From the NCBI RefSeq assembly GCF_004010195.1, contig NC_057752.1, positions 15,457,031-15,521,030 on the forward strand: a stretch of 64,000 nt of DNA, in the 5' to 3' direction. The stretch comes from Chiloscyllium plagiosum. Its lineage: Eukaryota. Below, one piece after another: positions 51,400 through 64,000 of this stretch. The translations under genes and the position numbers were made by a program. Position 1 is the first letter of the stretch. Every line of letters starts with the position of its first letter. The notes beneath the pieces are model-generated. The model was not told the origin of the DNA, searched no databases, and worked only from the letters and a program-made list of their open reading frames with translations.

Positions 51400-53280
51400 T
51401 AAAGAGGATGTTATACACCTGAACCACACTGGGACCAATATCATTGCAGGTAGGCTTTCTCGTGCTTTTGGGAGGAGTTTAAACTCGTCTGGCAGGGGGA
51501 TATTGATGAAACAGAGACACATCATGCTCCATCAAAAAAAGTAAGTCAGAGTTAGTTCAGGTATGTTTAGTGTCAAGAGCGTAAGGCAAGGCTGGATGGT
51601 CTTTACTTCAACGCTAGGAGTGTAAGAGGTCAGACTGATGAGTTAAATGTGTGGATAGACCAATGAAATTACGATATCGTTGCCGTCAAATAAACATGAT
51701 TGAGGGAAGGGCATGGCAGGCAATTAAACATTCTGCAGCATGGAATCTTTAGGCGAGACAGGAAAATGTTAAAAGGATGGTAGGGGTGAAGCACAATTAA
51801 TGAAGGAGTCAATTACTGCAAGAAGGAGAAATGATATCTTAGATGAGTCCTCAAACGAGGCTTTATGGGGAGAACGTAGGAATGTTAAGGTGAAAGCTAC
51901 TTTACTGGGAGTTCATCATCGGTGCCCAAAGAGTCAGCGGGGAATAAAGGTGCAAATATATAGACAGTCCACACAAATGTGTAAGAATAATAATCAGATA
52001 ATTGGACAAGGGGATTTGAAGTTTTCCAATAGAAATTAGGATAGTCATCCTGTTAAGGGTTTAGAGTGGGCAGATTTCTTGAAATCCATTTGGGGAGATT
52101 TTTCACATCAACACGCAGAAGGCCCAACATGGGACTGTGCATTCTTGGGTCTGGTTCTGGGCAAAGGCTTTGGTTCAAAGTTATTGTGGTCAAAGTGAAA
52201 GATGACATGCAAAAAACGGCTTTGGACTGGGGGAATGTAGAATATATTAAAATAAAGCAAAATGTGGCTAACGTTGACTGGGAACAGCTCCTTGTAGGTA
52301 AGTCTATAGCAGAGCAGTGGGAACATTCAAAAAAGGGGCTGGGGAGATTGCAGGCACCAACATGACCCTTCAGGGGGAATATAGTTGCAGTACGTTCAGG
52401 GAACCTTGGATGTCTCAGACAATTCAGGACTGGATGAGGAATAAGAGAAAGGCTTTGAATCAGTCCAAAAGGAGGAATTCAGATGTGGCCCGAAGGGAAT
52501 ACAGGAAGTACAAGAGGGATTTAAAAAAAAGTTAGAAGACCAAAAAGGGACATGAGAAAAAAGTTGCAGACAGAATTAGGGAGAAACCTAAGTTATTTTT
52601 GAAATCCAAGAAAGGGAAGAGATTAACCAGGGAAAGCAAACGGTCCATTAGGGACCAAGGGGGCAACCTGTGTGTGAAGGCGCAGGATATCAGAAGGGTA
52701 TTGAAAGAATACTTCCCTTCGGGTTTCACTCTGGAAAAGTCGATCGCAGGAATGGAATTTCGGGAAAATGGATTGTGAGGAACTTGCATAGTTTTACAGA
52801 GGAAATGGAGAGATGTTGTCAGATCTGTCGGGTTTGAAAACAGACAAATCCCCTGGTCCAGTTGAATTGCATCCCAGGCTGTTGTGGGGAGGGGAAGGGG
52901 GCGGTGGGGAAGGTGAGGAAGGATATTGCAGGGGCTCTGTCACAAATTTATAACTCTTCTGTTGCCAAAGGGGAGATGCTAGAGGAATAGAGAATGGCAG
53001 ATGTGGCTTCATATTTAGAGAGGGGTGGGAGAGATGAAACAGGAAATTACAAACTGGTAAGTCTGACAGCAGTGGGTGGGAAGCTGTTGGAGAACGATCT
53101 GAAGGTTAGAAGGGTATGAAGTTAGAAGGGCTGGAGGCTGATATCCAGTGGTGTACCAGAATGATCAGTTCAAGGAGCCTCATGTAGTTTATATACAGAA
53201 ATGATATGGATGGAAATGTGGAAAGAATGTGAAGCACGTTTGAAGATGACACGAAGATTGGTGGATGGTTAAGTTTGAGT
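51400..53280 (+). mobile_element. CR1 LINE: end of ORF1, endonuclease, start of RT, decayed
   Basis: Contains HLNHTGTNI, LYFNARSV, GDLKF, REPWM, DKSPGP and GNYKLVSLT. Confidence 0.88.
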
Positions 53281-53939
53281 GAATTTGACAGAATGATTTT
53301 ACCGACTGGGTGTCTGCTGAGTCGGGATGACTCGAACAGCCATGTTCAGTCAAAGTGTGACAGCAGGAAACAAGCCCCACATTGATTCAGGCAAATTCAA
53401 CAAGTTCAGATATTTTAAATCAACCTGCACAGAGATATAAGAACACATGGGGATCAGAAGGATCTTGTACCCTGCCCTGTTTTAGTTCAGGGGTAAGGAC
53501 ACATGAAGATGCCAGGGTATGATAAAGGAATAAAGACATTCAAAGACTGGACACAATGAAAGCATTGAACTCAGAGAGGCCCTCCCACCATCACCCCAGC
53601 TGACAGTTTGGTAGGTCACCTCACTTCCTCTTTTGCTTTGGATACTTAAATTATGGGACCTTTTTGTTTGCATTTTGAAACCTGCAGTATTTCTACAAAA
53701 GTCTCTCGTGTCTTGTTGGTCTTTCTTCTGTGATTGAATGCGTACGTGTGATGATTCTTTTGAGAAATACTTAACGTTTTCAGCTCAGTAATTGCTCATC
53801 GATTATCCATTTGTTAAAGGGTAGATTTGCTGCAGAAAACATGATTTGTGTTTTCTTGCTGGATTATTTTAAATTTTATTCGGGGAATTGGTTTCCTTAT
53901 TCTAAATGGAGATTAGTACTATATTGACCATCTATAAGT

Positions 53940-54860
53940 ATTTCATATTTGAGATGGCTTGTGGATGAGTGTATCTTGATTCCCAGTGCAATGTTCCCAT
54001 CATGTCTGTGACACTATCCTTCATCCATGGTCGTATTTTACCAGCAATGCCGTGCACATTCATATTGTTTCCAGTGAGACATTTTATCAAAATCCTTCTG
54101 ATAATCCAAATACACCACATCCACTGCTTCACCACAACATCTCTGCCAGTAACATCTGCAGGAAATCCTTTCAGTTCCCTCCCCTTCGCAATTCTGTGCT
54201 GCCCCTGCTGAAACCTTACCAAATACCGTGCCTAACTTCGTATACACCACATCCACCGCTCGATCCTCATCAACTTGTCTAAAAAAATTCTCAAAGAACT
54301 CACTAAGATTTGTGAGGCATGACCTGCCCCTCACAAAGTCGTGCTGACTGCATTTAATCAAGCCATGCTCTTCCAGATGGCCAGAAATCCTATCCCTCAG
54401 AATCCTTTCTAACATCTTGCAGACGACATACGTGAGACTGACTGGTTTGTAATTGCTGGGGATTTCCCTATTTCCTTTCCTGAAGAGAGGAATTACATTT
54501 GCCCTCCTCCAGTCCTCAGGTACGACTCCGGTCGAGCACGAGGATGCAAAGATCTTCATGTAATGATCACTCTCTCTGTCGACATGTTTTTCAACTCTCT
54601 CAGGAAAACACTCGTGGGTCCCCATAATGTCTCAACTTTCAACCTCTTGAATTTCTCCAATATCAATTCTCCATAACATTGAATTCCCTTCAGTTCCACA
54701 CTACACTGGATCATTGAATCGTGTTTGGTTTGGGGAGACTTCCGGTGTGTTTCACTGTTAAGACAAAATAATTATTTTGCTTCTTTACCATTTCTCTCTT
54801 CCCCATTATAAATGTCTGTCTCTTCGTGGAATTGACCCACATTTATCTTTCTTCATCTGT
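53940..54860 (-). mobile_element. CR1 RT fragments
   Basis: ORF 54038-54625 reads [30 protein letters not shown] and VYLDYQKDFDK. Confidence 0.9.
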
Positions 54861-55399
54861 TTTGCTGAACATTGTGCAACCGTCAGCAGACATCCACCCC
54901 TTTGACATTATGGTGGATGCAGTGTGAAATGGTTCAGTCTGAGGAAATCCTGCAGAGGTGTCCTGGAGCTGAGTTACCCATTCCCCAGACAATTACAACC
55001 ATCTTCCAATGTCTTCCACGTGGCTCTGAACAGAGAAGATATTGCCCCCTGGTTCACATCAACTCCAGTTTTGTGGTGGCTGTTTTCCTACAAATTAGAA
55101 ACTGTCTCCTTGATGTCAATGACAGTCACTCCTACCTGTTCTCCAGTGTTCGTAATTTGTAATAACAACAGGAAATCATGTTAATTCTGTCTATAGACTC
55201 GATCATAAAGATTTACACTGTAATAATTTCATGACCTTAGTGATAGAGGAGTGGGAAATCTGATGCCTGGTAATAATTAATGCCGTTAGTAAAGCCTAGT
55301 GTACCGAATGAACCAAGACCATATAAGGTTCAAACCCTTGAAGTTTCAGAATAGTGGGTACACAATTAACAGAGAGCCAGGGCAGAAATGTATTAATTT

Positions 55400-56890
55400 G
55401 TAAATGTTTAAGGAAAGGCCAGCCGAGTGGAATGTGCAGCTTGTCACATGTGGGGAGTCCTGGACATTGTCAGTGCCCGAGATGACCACATGTTCAGCAG
55501 GTGTTCCCAGCTGCAAAAGCTGGAGCTCTGGGTCTCGGAGCTTGAGCAGCAGTTGGAGACACTTGCACATCCGCAAGTCTGCAAGTCACATAGATAGCAC
55601 GTTTAGAGAGGTGGTCACACCACAGCTCAAGAGACGAGAGGGAAGAAGGGAATGGGTGACCACCATACAGCCCAGAAAGAACAGGCAGGTAGTGCAGGAG
55701 TCCCCTGGGGTCCTAATCACTAACCAGTATTCCATTTTGGAAGCTGATGTGGGTACTGGTACCTCGGAGGAACGCAGTCAGAGCCAAGCTTCTGGCACCA
55801 CAAGCGACTTGACTGTACAGCGGGAGGAATAAAGAAAGAGGAATAGTGATGAGGGATTCTTTCGTCGGGGAGCAGACATGTGCACCCAAAGATTTGACTC
55901 CAGAATGGTGTGCTGCCTTCATCGTGCCAGATTCAGGGCTGTCAATGAATGGCTGCAGGGCATCCTGAAAGGAGTGGGGGATGGGTGAGAGGGCGGGCAG
56001 CAATTGGTCCCAATGGTCTGGGCAAAGTGAGGAATGACATCTTACATGAAGAATTCAGGAGACGAGGCAGGAGATTAGAATGCACAACCTCAATAGTTGT
56101 AATCTCTGGATTATTACCGGTGCAACGTACCAGTGAGTATCCAAATAGGAAAATTGGGCAGGTGAACACGTTGCCCATGAGTTCATGCAAGAGGAAAATT
56201 GGGCAGGTGGACACGTTGCCCATGAGTTCATGCAAGAGGGAGGGTTTTAGATTCCTGGATCACTGGGAGCAGTTTTGGGGAAGGTGGGACTCGTGTAAAG
56301 AGGACGGTTGGCACCTGAACCACACTGGGACCAACATCCTTACAGATAGGTTTTGTCGTGCTGTTCGGAGGAATTTAAACAAGTCTGGCAGGAGGAGGGG
56401 ATACATAATATTCATGAAATAGAGACACATCATGCTACAGCAAAGGAAGCAAGTCAGAGCGAGTTCAGCTACGTTTAGTGTAAAGAAAGTAAGGCAAGGT
56501 TGGGTGGTCTTTAATTTGATGTGAGGAGTGTATAAGGTCAGATTGATGAGTTAATGGTATGGATCAACACATGGAAGTATGATGTTGTTGCCACCACAGA
56601 AACATGGTTAAGGGAAAGGCTGGCCTGGCAATGCAACAATCCCGGGTACTGGATATTAATGCGAGACAGAGTCGGGTGGGTGGTGATGAAACACTATTAA
56701 CGAAGGAGTCAATTGCTGCAAGAAGGAGAGATGGGTCCTCAAACGAAGCTTTGTGGGTAGAACGTAGGAATGTTAAGGGGACAGCTACTTTATTGGGAGT
56801 GTACTATTGACCCTGAAAGTTTCAACGGGAAATAGAGGAATAAATATTTTAATGGTTCACAGAGATGTGAAAGAATAGTAATCGGTAATT
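55400..56890 (+). mobile_element. CR1 LINE 5' part: ORF1 (Cys motif, coiled coil, SGNH esterase) and start of endonuclease
   Basis: Contains NQYSIL, GDSFV, CCL, VVISGLLPV, GFRFLDHW and DGWHLNHTG. Includes a 45-bp in-frame tandem duplication (56147-56236). Confidence 0.9.
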
Positions 56891-56899
56891 GTACGGAAA

Positions 56900-57780
56900 A
56901 AATAAAGTCTAAAAAACCTTTCCGGCTACTACATCCCCTCCAAATACTCTTGAGATAGGGAAAACAAGTGGTTGAAACAGAAACATACGAAATGACAATA
57001 TCATTTTCCAGGCTGGTGATGAAATCCAGCTCCGGCAGTGTTCACCGATCCCAATGGCCTTGGCCATGATAGTGATGACCACATGGTCCCTCTCCAGGGG
57101 TACCTGAGGGCAAATGTAACCGTGAAAGAGGGGCAGGAGTCAGGAACTACAAGCCCCTCCTCAGCCTGATGCCTGGACCTATTAATAGCCGTCTTGGCCA
57201 GGCCCAGGAGCAGAGGCATGAGAAGCCCTGTAGACTTGTCCGCCCATAACCACTTTCGGTGTCAGTAGATCAGGAAGGTTGGACTGAAATGTAAACAACG
57301 TTTTAACAGCAGTCCATTCCAAAACCGAACAAGAGGCTGCAAATGGACACACTGGACATACACATGGAAAACCGTCTCCTCCAGATCAAAGAAAGTCTGT
57401 GTGGTCTGACACCCGCTTAACTCCCTCAGCCTCCGGTTGCTTGGGACAACTGCATGCAGCACTCTCCACACCAGATCCCGGGAAAAAGTGGAGGACCCTT
57501 TTGTAGATGACCCTTCGACGGGAATCTTAGCTCACAGAGGGAAAAACATCATGTCAAGGCATGTGCAGGCAGTGGACGGAGGTGGAGCAGAGGAGAATGT
57601 GCGGCATCAGCCCGTACAGATAACGCCAGTATGCAGTTCAAAAGGACACCGGGAGGATTTCCCTAAATCAGCTCAGATTGTGGAACACCGCGTCACGGAA
57701 GAGGGCACGGGCTGTGGGGCCGATGTCGTGTTCTGGAAGGACAGGGGTCAGAATTCTCTCTCGTTTCTTGCTCCAGAGGA
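56900..57780 (-). mobile_element. Tx1/L1-clade LINE C-terminal fragment (zf-RVT)
   Basis: Reads WRVLHAVVPSNRRL...LEETVFHVYVQCVHLQPL and LLLGLAKTAINRSR. Confidence 0.8.
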
Positions 57781-58010
57781 CACTCTGTGACCTTATCGTT
57801 CCCCACTTATTCATGTTCATCCATTGTTCTTGATGCAGTACTCTTTGGTGTGACATAAATGTGCTGTTTCATGACATTCTTTTACTAACACTCCGAGTGC
57901 CCTTTTTGTCACGTTAATGTTCGACAGATTTGCTCCGACAGAACCTTTATTTACATCCAGCTATCACTGTTATCCATTCCCCTTCACATGCTGTGGCATT
58001 GCGATTTGTT

Positions 58011-58878
58011 TTATTGATGCTTACATTCAATAGTTCGCTTAAAATGAAACACCAATGCATTTGTGAAGTTTTCTCTGAACTTAGACAGTGTTGCTGTATA
58101 AATAAGTGTGTTTGTACAGCAGTTTATATCCCGGAGCATATTTGTGACATATCCGAATACATATTCAGAATAATTTTCTAATAATGGATCTAAAGTATTA
58201 AAATATTTCAAAAGGTACCACATTCATAGAAGGATGAAATTACTGGATGTTGCGAAGACTAAAATGATAGACTTTGTTCTGCTCTCCATCTCTTGGTCAC
58301 AATGATTCTGCCACTTGCTCAGATCCCTCAGTGTCTTACGAGCCCAACTGGCCACTAAAATGTGCCTGACTGTCAGAGTGCTTATCAACAGAATTAAATC
58401 AAATGGGAGCATTGGAGATAAGACATTTTCAAACATATTGAATCCTACCGGTATGGGATCTTTATAATATGTTTCAGTGCCACTCGACATTGTTAATGTT
58501 CGTTCAGCTTTATACCTGAAGGAGGTGAGAATGTTTTTGAAATAGAGCAGAATGCCTGTTGTTGCTCGAACCACTGTCACAGTTTTCTTGGTGCAATATT
58601 TCATTTTCAACTTCTGGCAACAAATCGATCAAAGGTGAAAGTGACGGTGAACTAGACAGAACAATCAGTAACAGCACGGCGCAGGGTATAGTGAACTCTG
58701 CAGACAGTAGTCACATCCAAGGAATTCCCAGGGAAATAATATTTTTTGATTCGGTACAGTATGACCTCAAAGATAATGTACAGTAGATCCGCTGTCACCA
58801 TGGCGACCAGGTAACACATGGTGCTTGGGGAGATTCCACATTTTCCTCTTCATAAAATCACATTTGCCAGTAAATTCA
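58011..58878 (-). pseudogene. GPR139/GPR142-like GPCR pseudogene, main exon
   Basis: Acceptor tcacAG, then VNLLANVIL*RGKCGIS..YLVAMVTADLL and TFDRFVA, LPFDLILLISTLTVRHILVAS, ESRTKSIILVF, NCCTNTLIY. Contains stops and frameshifts. Confidence 0.92.
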
Positions 58879-59280
58879 CTGTGAGAGAGTGAAGGGAAAG
58901 ATGATTAGAAATTATTTTAAAAATCATTCACAGTTTCTGAGGACAGACCATTGAACAAAAAAAAAATCAGCCACGACATCAACAAGTCTCCAAGGTGTAC
59001 AGATCAGGTTGAACAGGAATCAGTTAGAGGGGTGTAGCAGACTGCTCACCGGAAGCAGTTCATTGTTTTAAGATTGCAATGAGGAATTGCATGTCTGAGG
59101 CTGGAGAGATGCAACTTTGGAGTAGACCCTCTGCTCCACCGGCTGCAACGTGTTATATTTCATTTTCTGTTGCAAAGTGCTTCACCTGCAAATAAATACT
59201 CACTTCCTCATTAGATTCACCCTCTGACTTGAGTGTCTGTCGTTCTCACATCACATTTTGTGGTCTTACCTCCTGTAGAT

Positions 59281-59555
59281 TTTAGATTAGATTAGATTAT
59301 AGTGTGGAAACACCGACCACACTCACCCGCCGAAGCGAAACCCACCCATACCCCTACATTTACCCCTTACCTAACGCTATGGGCAATTTAGCATGGACAA
59401 TTCCCCTGACCCTGCAAACCGGAGCACCCGGAGGAAACCCACGCAGACACGGGGAGAACGTGCAAACTCCACACAGTCAGTCGCCTGAGGCGGGAATTGA
59501 AACCGGGTCGCTGGCGCTGTGAAGCAGCAGTGCTAACCACTGTGCCACCGTGCCA
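59281..59555 (-). mobile_element. HE1-like SINE specific to copy B
   Basis: TSD CTGTAGAT at 59273-59280 and 59556-59563, single-copy at ~41483. Has an (attag)n tail. Confidence 0.92.
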
Positions 59556-59654
59556 CTGTAGATCAGTCTTACTCAACATTTCTTTTCACTCCTCCCACAG
59601 TGCCCCAGCTACATTAACAAGCCAATCCTTTTCCGAAATTTGCAATTTATTGGA

Positions 59655-59965
59655 GTGGCAGGGTAGCTCAGTGGTTAGCATTACTACCTGACAGCGCCTG
59701 CGATCCATGTTTGATCCCAGACTTGGGTGACTGTCTGTGTGGAGTTTGTACGTTGTTCACGTGTCTGCATGGGTTTCCTCCCACAGTCCAAAAACGTGCA
59801 GGTTAGGTGACTTGGCCATGCTAAATTGCCCATAGTGTACAGGGATGTGCAGGTTAGTGGCATTCTTTGGGGTAAATATAGGGTAACGGAATGGGTCTGG
59901 GTGGGTTACTCTTCAGAGGGCTGGTGTGGACATGTTGGGCTGAAGGGCCTGTTTCCACGCTCTCA
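59655..59965 (+). mobile_element. HE1-like SINE specific to copy B
   Basis: Full head, body and tail; absent at ~41560. Confidence 0.88.
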
Positions 59966-62576
59966 GGGATTCGAAAAATAAAGAAAAAAAATCAGGGTTT
60001 TGTTTTCACTTTTATACTTGTTTGAGCAATGAGTTAAGTGCTTATTAATATACACTGTACAAGAAATCGGGTAGATTTCCCTTTGTTCTGTCATACTGTT
60101 TGGCATGCAACTTTCAATTGAACTATTACTCTGTGACGAGACCCCAGTTGATGTGAGGGTGGATGCGGGATGCGAGCACTGTAGATCTGTTCCCACTGCT
60201 CGACATATCGCCAAGTGAAATAAAACTGCACAAAATTGCACATCATCAATTTACATTTCATACAAAACGATCTGTCAAACAGGTTTCTTGGCAAAAGCAA
60301 TTGCTTGTTTGCCATCAGGCTAAAACATATTCAATAAGTATGGCATCACTGATCAGCATGGAGTTCAGGAAGGCAGGGAGTAAATGGTTACCCCAGTTAA
60401 AAGTACCAGAAGACAATCTCTTCTGCTTTCTCTCTCCCTCTCTTTCCTTTCTCTCTCTCTGTCTCTTCGCATTCCCGAAAGGAGCAGAGAACAAAACATG
60501 TTCTCGTGCAGAGATGTTCAACTTGCTAAAGGACACGCACAGTTTGCCGAATGGATTATTTCTGAATACAAAATGAAAAGGTGTTGGATGTTGCACGACA
60601 TTTGTTCTGTGGTTTCACACGTGTAGTCATGCCGCTCAGTATGCATCTTTGACTATGAAGTCTTGTGCATACAGATTCTTCAGAAAGTATAACATTCTCT
60701 TGTTCTTCCAGTCGCTGTTTCAAAATAAGGAATAGGTTTCACTCTGAAGTGATGTTGTGGGTTTTTTTTGTTTCTGAATTGGCAAGATTATCTGGAGCAG
60801 CTTCCTTTTGGCAGCTTTCTCTCCAATTCAACGTGTTCTTTGCCTCCAACTTACCTCCAACTCAACTATATCCTCAGAACCTTCCCTCCAATCTAGTGTG
60901 TTCTTAACAGGCGTCGTACCAACTCAACATGTTTTAAGTGAGATTCTGTGCTACTCAGCGTGTACTCAACAGATTCCCTTCAAATGAATCCGATACAACA
61001 ATAACTCTCCAAGACAGTCACTGTTCAAGACATATTGACTCATGCAAACTCAACAATTCCAGACACTTTTAATCAACTTGCACAGAGATGGAAGAAACAC
61101 ATGGGGACGAGGTGGAGCTTGTACCCAGAACTGCTTTAGTGCAGGGGGAGGGACAATACCACTGCACCACAAGAGCCCTACCCTCAACACTCACATACAC
61201 TTACTAGGTAAACCGAGTACAGCAATTGCAATGTGGAAGACGTTCCTGATCACTTGGTTTGGTAGATGCATTTTCCAAATGAAGGGATCAATTACTTTGT
61301 GCTGTGTAATCTATCTGATTCAGAATGGGATAAATCCCCTTACTTTATAACCTGAAGGAACTGCCAGGGGAAACTGTGGCTGTAATATTATTAGAGTTGA
61401 TTATTTTCTGGAGAATTCACAAACTAGGATTCTGATAGTCGAGTTAACTCCCTGGTGATAGCGATGTTTTGGACAGCTCTGCAGCTCTCCTGAGATGAAG
61501 AAATTCAATTGAGACATTCTTAGGCTCAAAAATATCACAAAGTACTCCCGTTCAGCATTTTCTTCATAGAATTCCTACAGTGTGGAAACAGGCCAGCTTT
61601 TGGCCAAAAAGGCTACAGTGACCCTCTCAAGCACCCAGACCCATTCACCAGCATTATCCCAGACTAATGCACCTAAGTTACACATTACTGAATAGCATAG
61701 ACAGTTGACCATTTTTGGAATGTGGGGGGAAACCAGAACAAACCCACATTACACACACAATGGCATGAGACTGGAATTGAACCCGGATCCCTGGTGCTTT
61801 GAGATAGCAATGCTAACTACTTGAACACCGTGCCACCCAAAATGATTGGGCCCTCCCCGGTGGTTGTGGTGGGGGGGGCGGGGGGGGGGGGGTGGAGGGG
61901 TGGTGTTCACAGGGTCTGTGCTGACTCTCTGTAAGAGCAGATCAACTTGTCTCAATCAGCAACCCCACTTCAACCGTCACTTCACTGTTCCCTCGGCCAG
62001 ATCAGGAATAATATGTCCAGTTCTCGTCGCCCTCTTGTAGAAAGGATAAAAATTTAGCTGGAAAGGGTTCAGAAAAGATTTACCAGGGTGTTCCCAGGAA
62101 TAGGAAGTTTCAGTTATTGATTGTTTTCACTGGATCACAGGAGGTTGAGGAGTGACCTTACAAAGATTTTTAAAACCATGAGGTGAATAGCAGGTCTCTT
62201 CCCAGGGGTGTGGGATTTCCAGACGATGGGTATAGTTTAATGTGAAAGGAGAAGGATTCAAAAAAGACTTGAGTGTATTATGTTTTAAACACAGAGTGCT
62301 TTGTGTGTAGAATGAACCTCCGGAGAAAGTGAATGTGGGTATAATTATAAGAACATTCATTTCAGATCCTAACCACTGTTCTGTTAAAGGAACGTTTTGC
62401 ATCAGGACATGCTTTCATTCATTGGCATTCAGTGCGTACCTGTGTCTTTGATGAACTTTCCCCCAACATCTTTGGCTCACTGTGGACCTCTCTCCAGTTC
62501 ACTTAGCTTTTTTAGTCTCTGCAACACACCATCTTCGGAAAGTGGGGTCTCTGTAACATTTCTCACCCCTACACCT

Positions 62577-63768
62577 TGTGACGATGCTGTAATTTTAAAG
62601 GGATACTTTGTCCTTGTTTTTTTTTAATAGTGGTCGTTAAGGCAGAGGTCCCGAGGAGTCTGGAGAGTTTAACAGTTTAACAATGGAAGGGGAATGGCCA
62701 GTTCTCCCAGATCAGTCTTTCTCAGGTTTTCTTTTGCTGCAGCATTCAAAAGATGTTGGAGTCTGGAAGTGTTGCAAGATTCAGGAAAGGATTCCTCTGA
62801 ATTTCTCTGAATTTTCTCTCTGTTGTTCCATCTTGCCTGTAATAATGTGTGTTTGAATCGGCCTTTCTGCCTAGGGTTGTGCTTATGGGATGTTAGGTTT
62901 GTAATGGACCAGGCTAGATCGCCCTCAAAATAATTTAAGAAGGGAACCTAGGCCTTAACTTTTTCTTATTGTAGAGGCAGATGTGAAGCGGATATTCCAG
63001 GTATGATGCAGCTGGTCAAACCACTCGGCTTTAAGCAAAACCTATTTAATTTGAACACCACAGTTGAAACGCAACGAAAAGAAATGGAATTTAGAATAAC
63101 TTAACGATGGGACAAATATTGACAAATTGGACGAGATTGGATTAGGATATCTGGCAGGCATGTGTGAGTTTGATCGAAGGGTCTGTTTCAGTGCTGTACA
63201 TCTCTATGTCTCGTTTCAAAAACTTACCATATACACTCCAGTAATACTTGAATATGTTTGACTACTGTTTTAGGCTAAATTTATGGGGTCGTCTATTACA
63301 TAGATACTCCTTTTGAGTGACTGAACTTCATGCCCGCCATAATTCATTCCGTATCATTAGCAGAAACCCAACTGATCTCTGAACAAATAAAGAAAAAAAA
63401 AACAATGAATTACGGTAATGCTGAAAACCTGGAGTGGAGGGTGATAGCTTGCGTACTGCAAGACCCGGAGCGGAACATGACGGCCGGCGCACTGATTCAT
63501 AAATATTCATCTGTTCTCCGTGAAGGACTCGGGTCAACTTTTACATGATATTTATGGAAAATTCCAGATTTTTGGCCAAAAATAAGTGTCAACACTTACA
63601 TGAGATTGACTGTTATTTGAGTATATCCGGTAACTGACCCGACACAGCAACGATTACTAATTAACTGCTCCAATACAGTAACATCCCATGAACACACATC
63701 TTTGCAAAAAGGTAAATTCATAAAAAACAAGGACAGCATAACCATTTTAAAGCGACAACATCGTCATA
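62577..63768. mobile_element. Paralog of the 46620-47850 inverted LTR pair with nested CR1 tail and MITE
   Basis: TGTGACGATGCTG start at 62577; antisense LTR at 62900-63768. Confidence 0.8.
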
Positions 63769-64000
63769 CCTCCTCTTTTAAAGAAAGAACCATGAATATA
63801 CAAAGATGTTTTCATTTTAAACCCATTAGTCTTACTTTGTTAGTACACTGCAACACACATACACTGACTCTTAACATGCAAACATTCACGAAGACATTCT
63901 ATTTCAATCTATTTACTCCTGCCACGGAACACCTCCATTTTTCATCATCCAAGACAATCACATTTTATTGTCCAGCCAAATGTTTTATTTTCAAATCGTA

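Larger units (their letters stand above)
59041..64000 (+). repeat. Segmental duplication, copy B (runs off window end)
   Basis: Colinear with 41251-48075. Confidence 0.93.

Noticed and set aside
61860..61905. G-quadruplex-like G run (also 29217-29232)
   Set aside because: Simple homopolymer expansions, absent from the paralogous positions and error-prone in assembly.

Overview
Eukaryotic, repeat-dense DNA, most likely from a cartilaginous fish. This is inferred from HE1-type V-SINEs, abundant CR1 LINEs with an SGNH-esterase ORF1, Penelope elements and multi-copy GPR139/142-like GPCR sequences. I found no intact protein-coding gene. Layout: (1) 1-19 kb is mostly nested, decayed CR1 LINEs plus a Harbinger Myb/SANT remnant. 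(2) 19-27 kb holds heavily decayed immunoglobulin-like V and C1 remnants on both strands, an orphan GPCR exon 1 with a heptad-repeat N-terminus, and a second Harbinger Myb remnant. (3) 27.4-40.9 kb is a diverged 65-bp tandem satellite with higher-order structure, bounded and interrupted by Penelope elements carrying hammerhead-ribozyme motifs. (4) 41.2-48.1 kb and 59.0-64.0 kb are two copies of a segmental duplication. They allow filled/empty-site comparison and reveal a tail-to-tail LTR pair flanked by a single 4-bp TSD. (5) Two GPR139-like pseudogenes, a Gypsy remnant, a Tx1-like LINE and more CR1 lie between and within the copies. TE boundaries are approximate, read by eye. The Ig calls rest on motif resemblance across frameshifts and need alignment confirmation.
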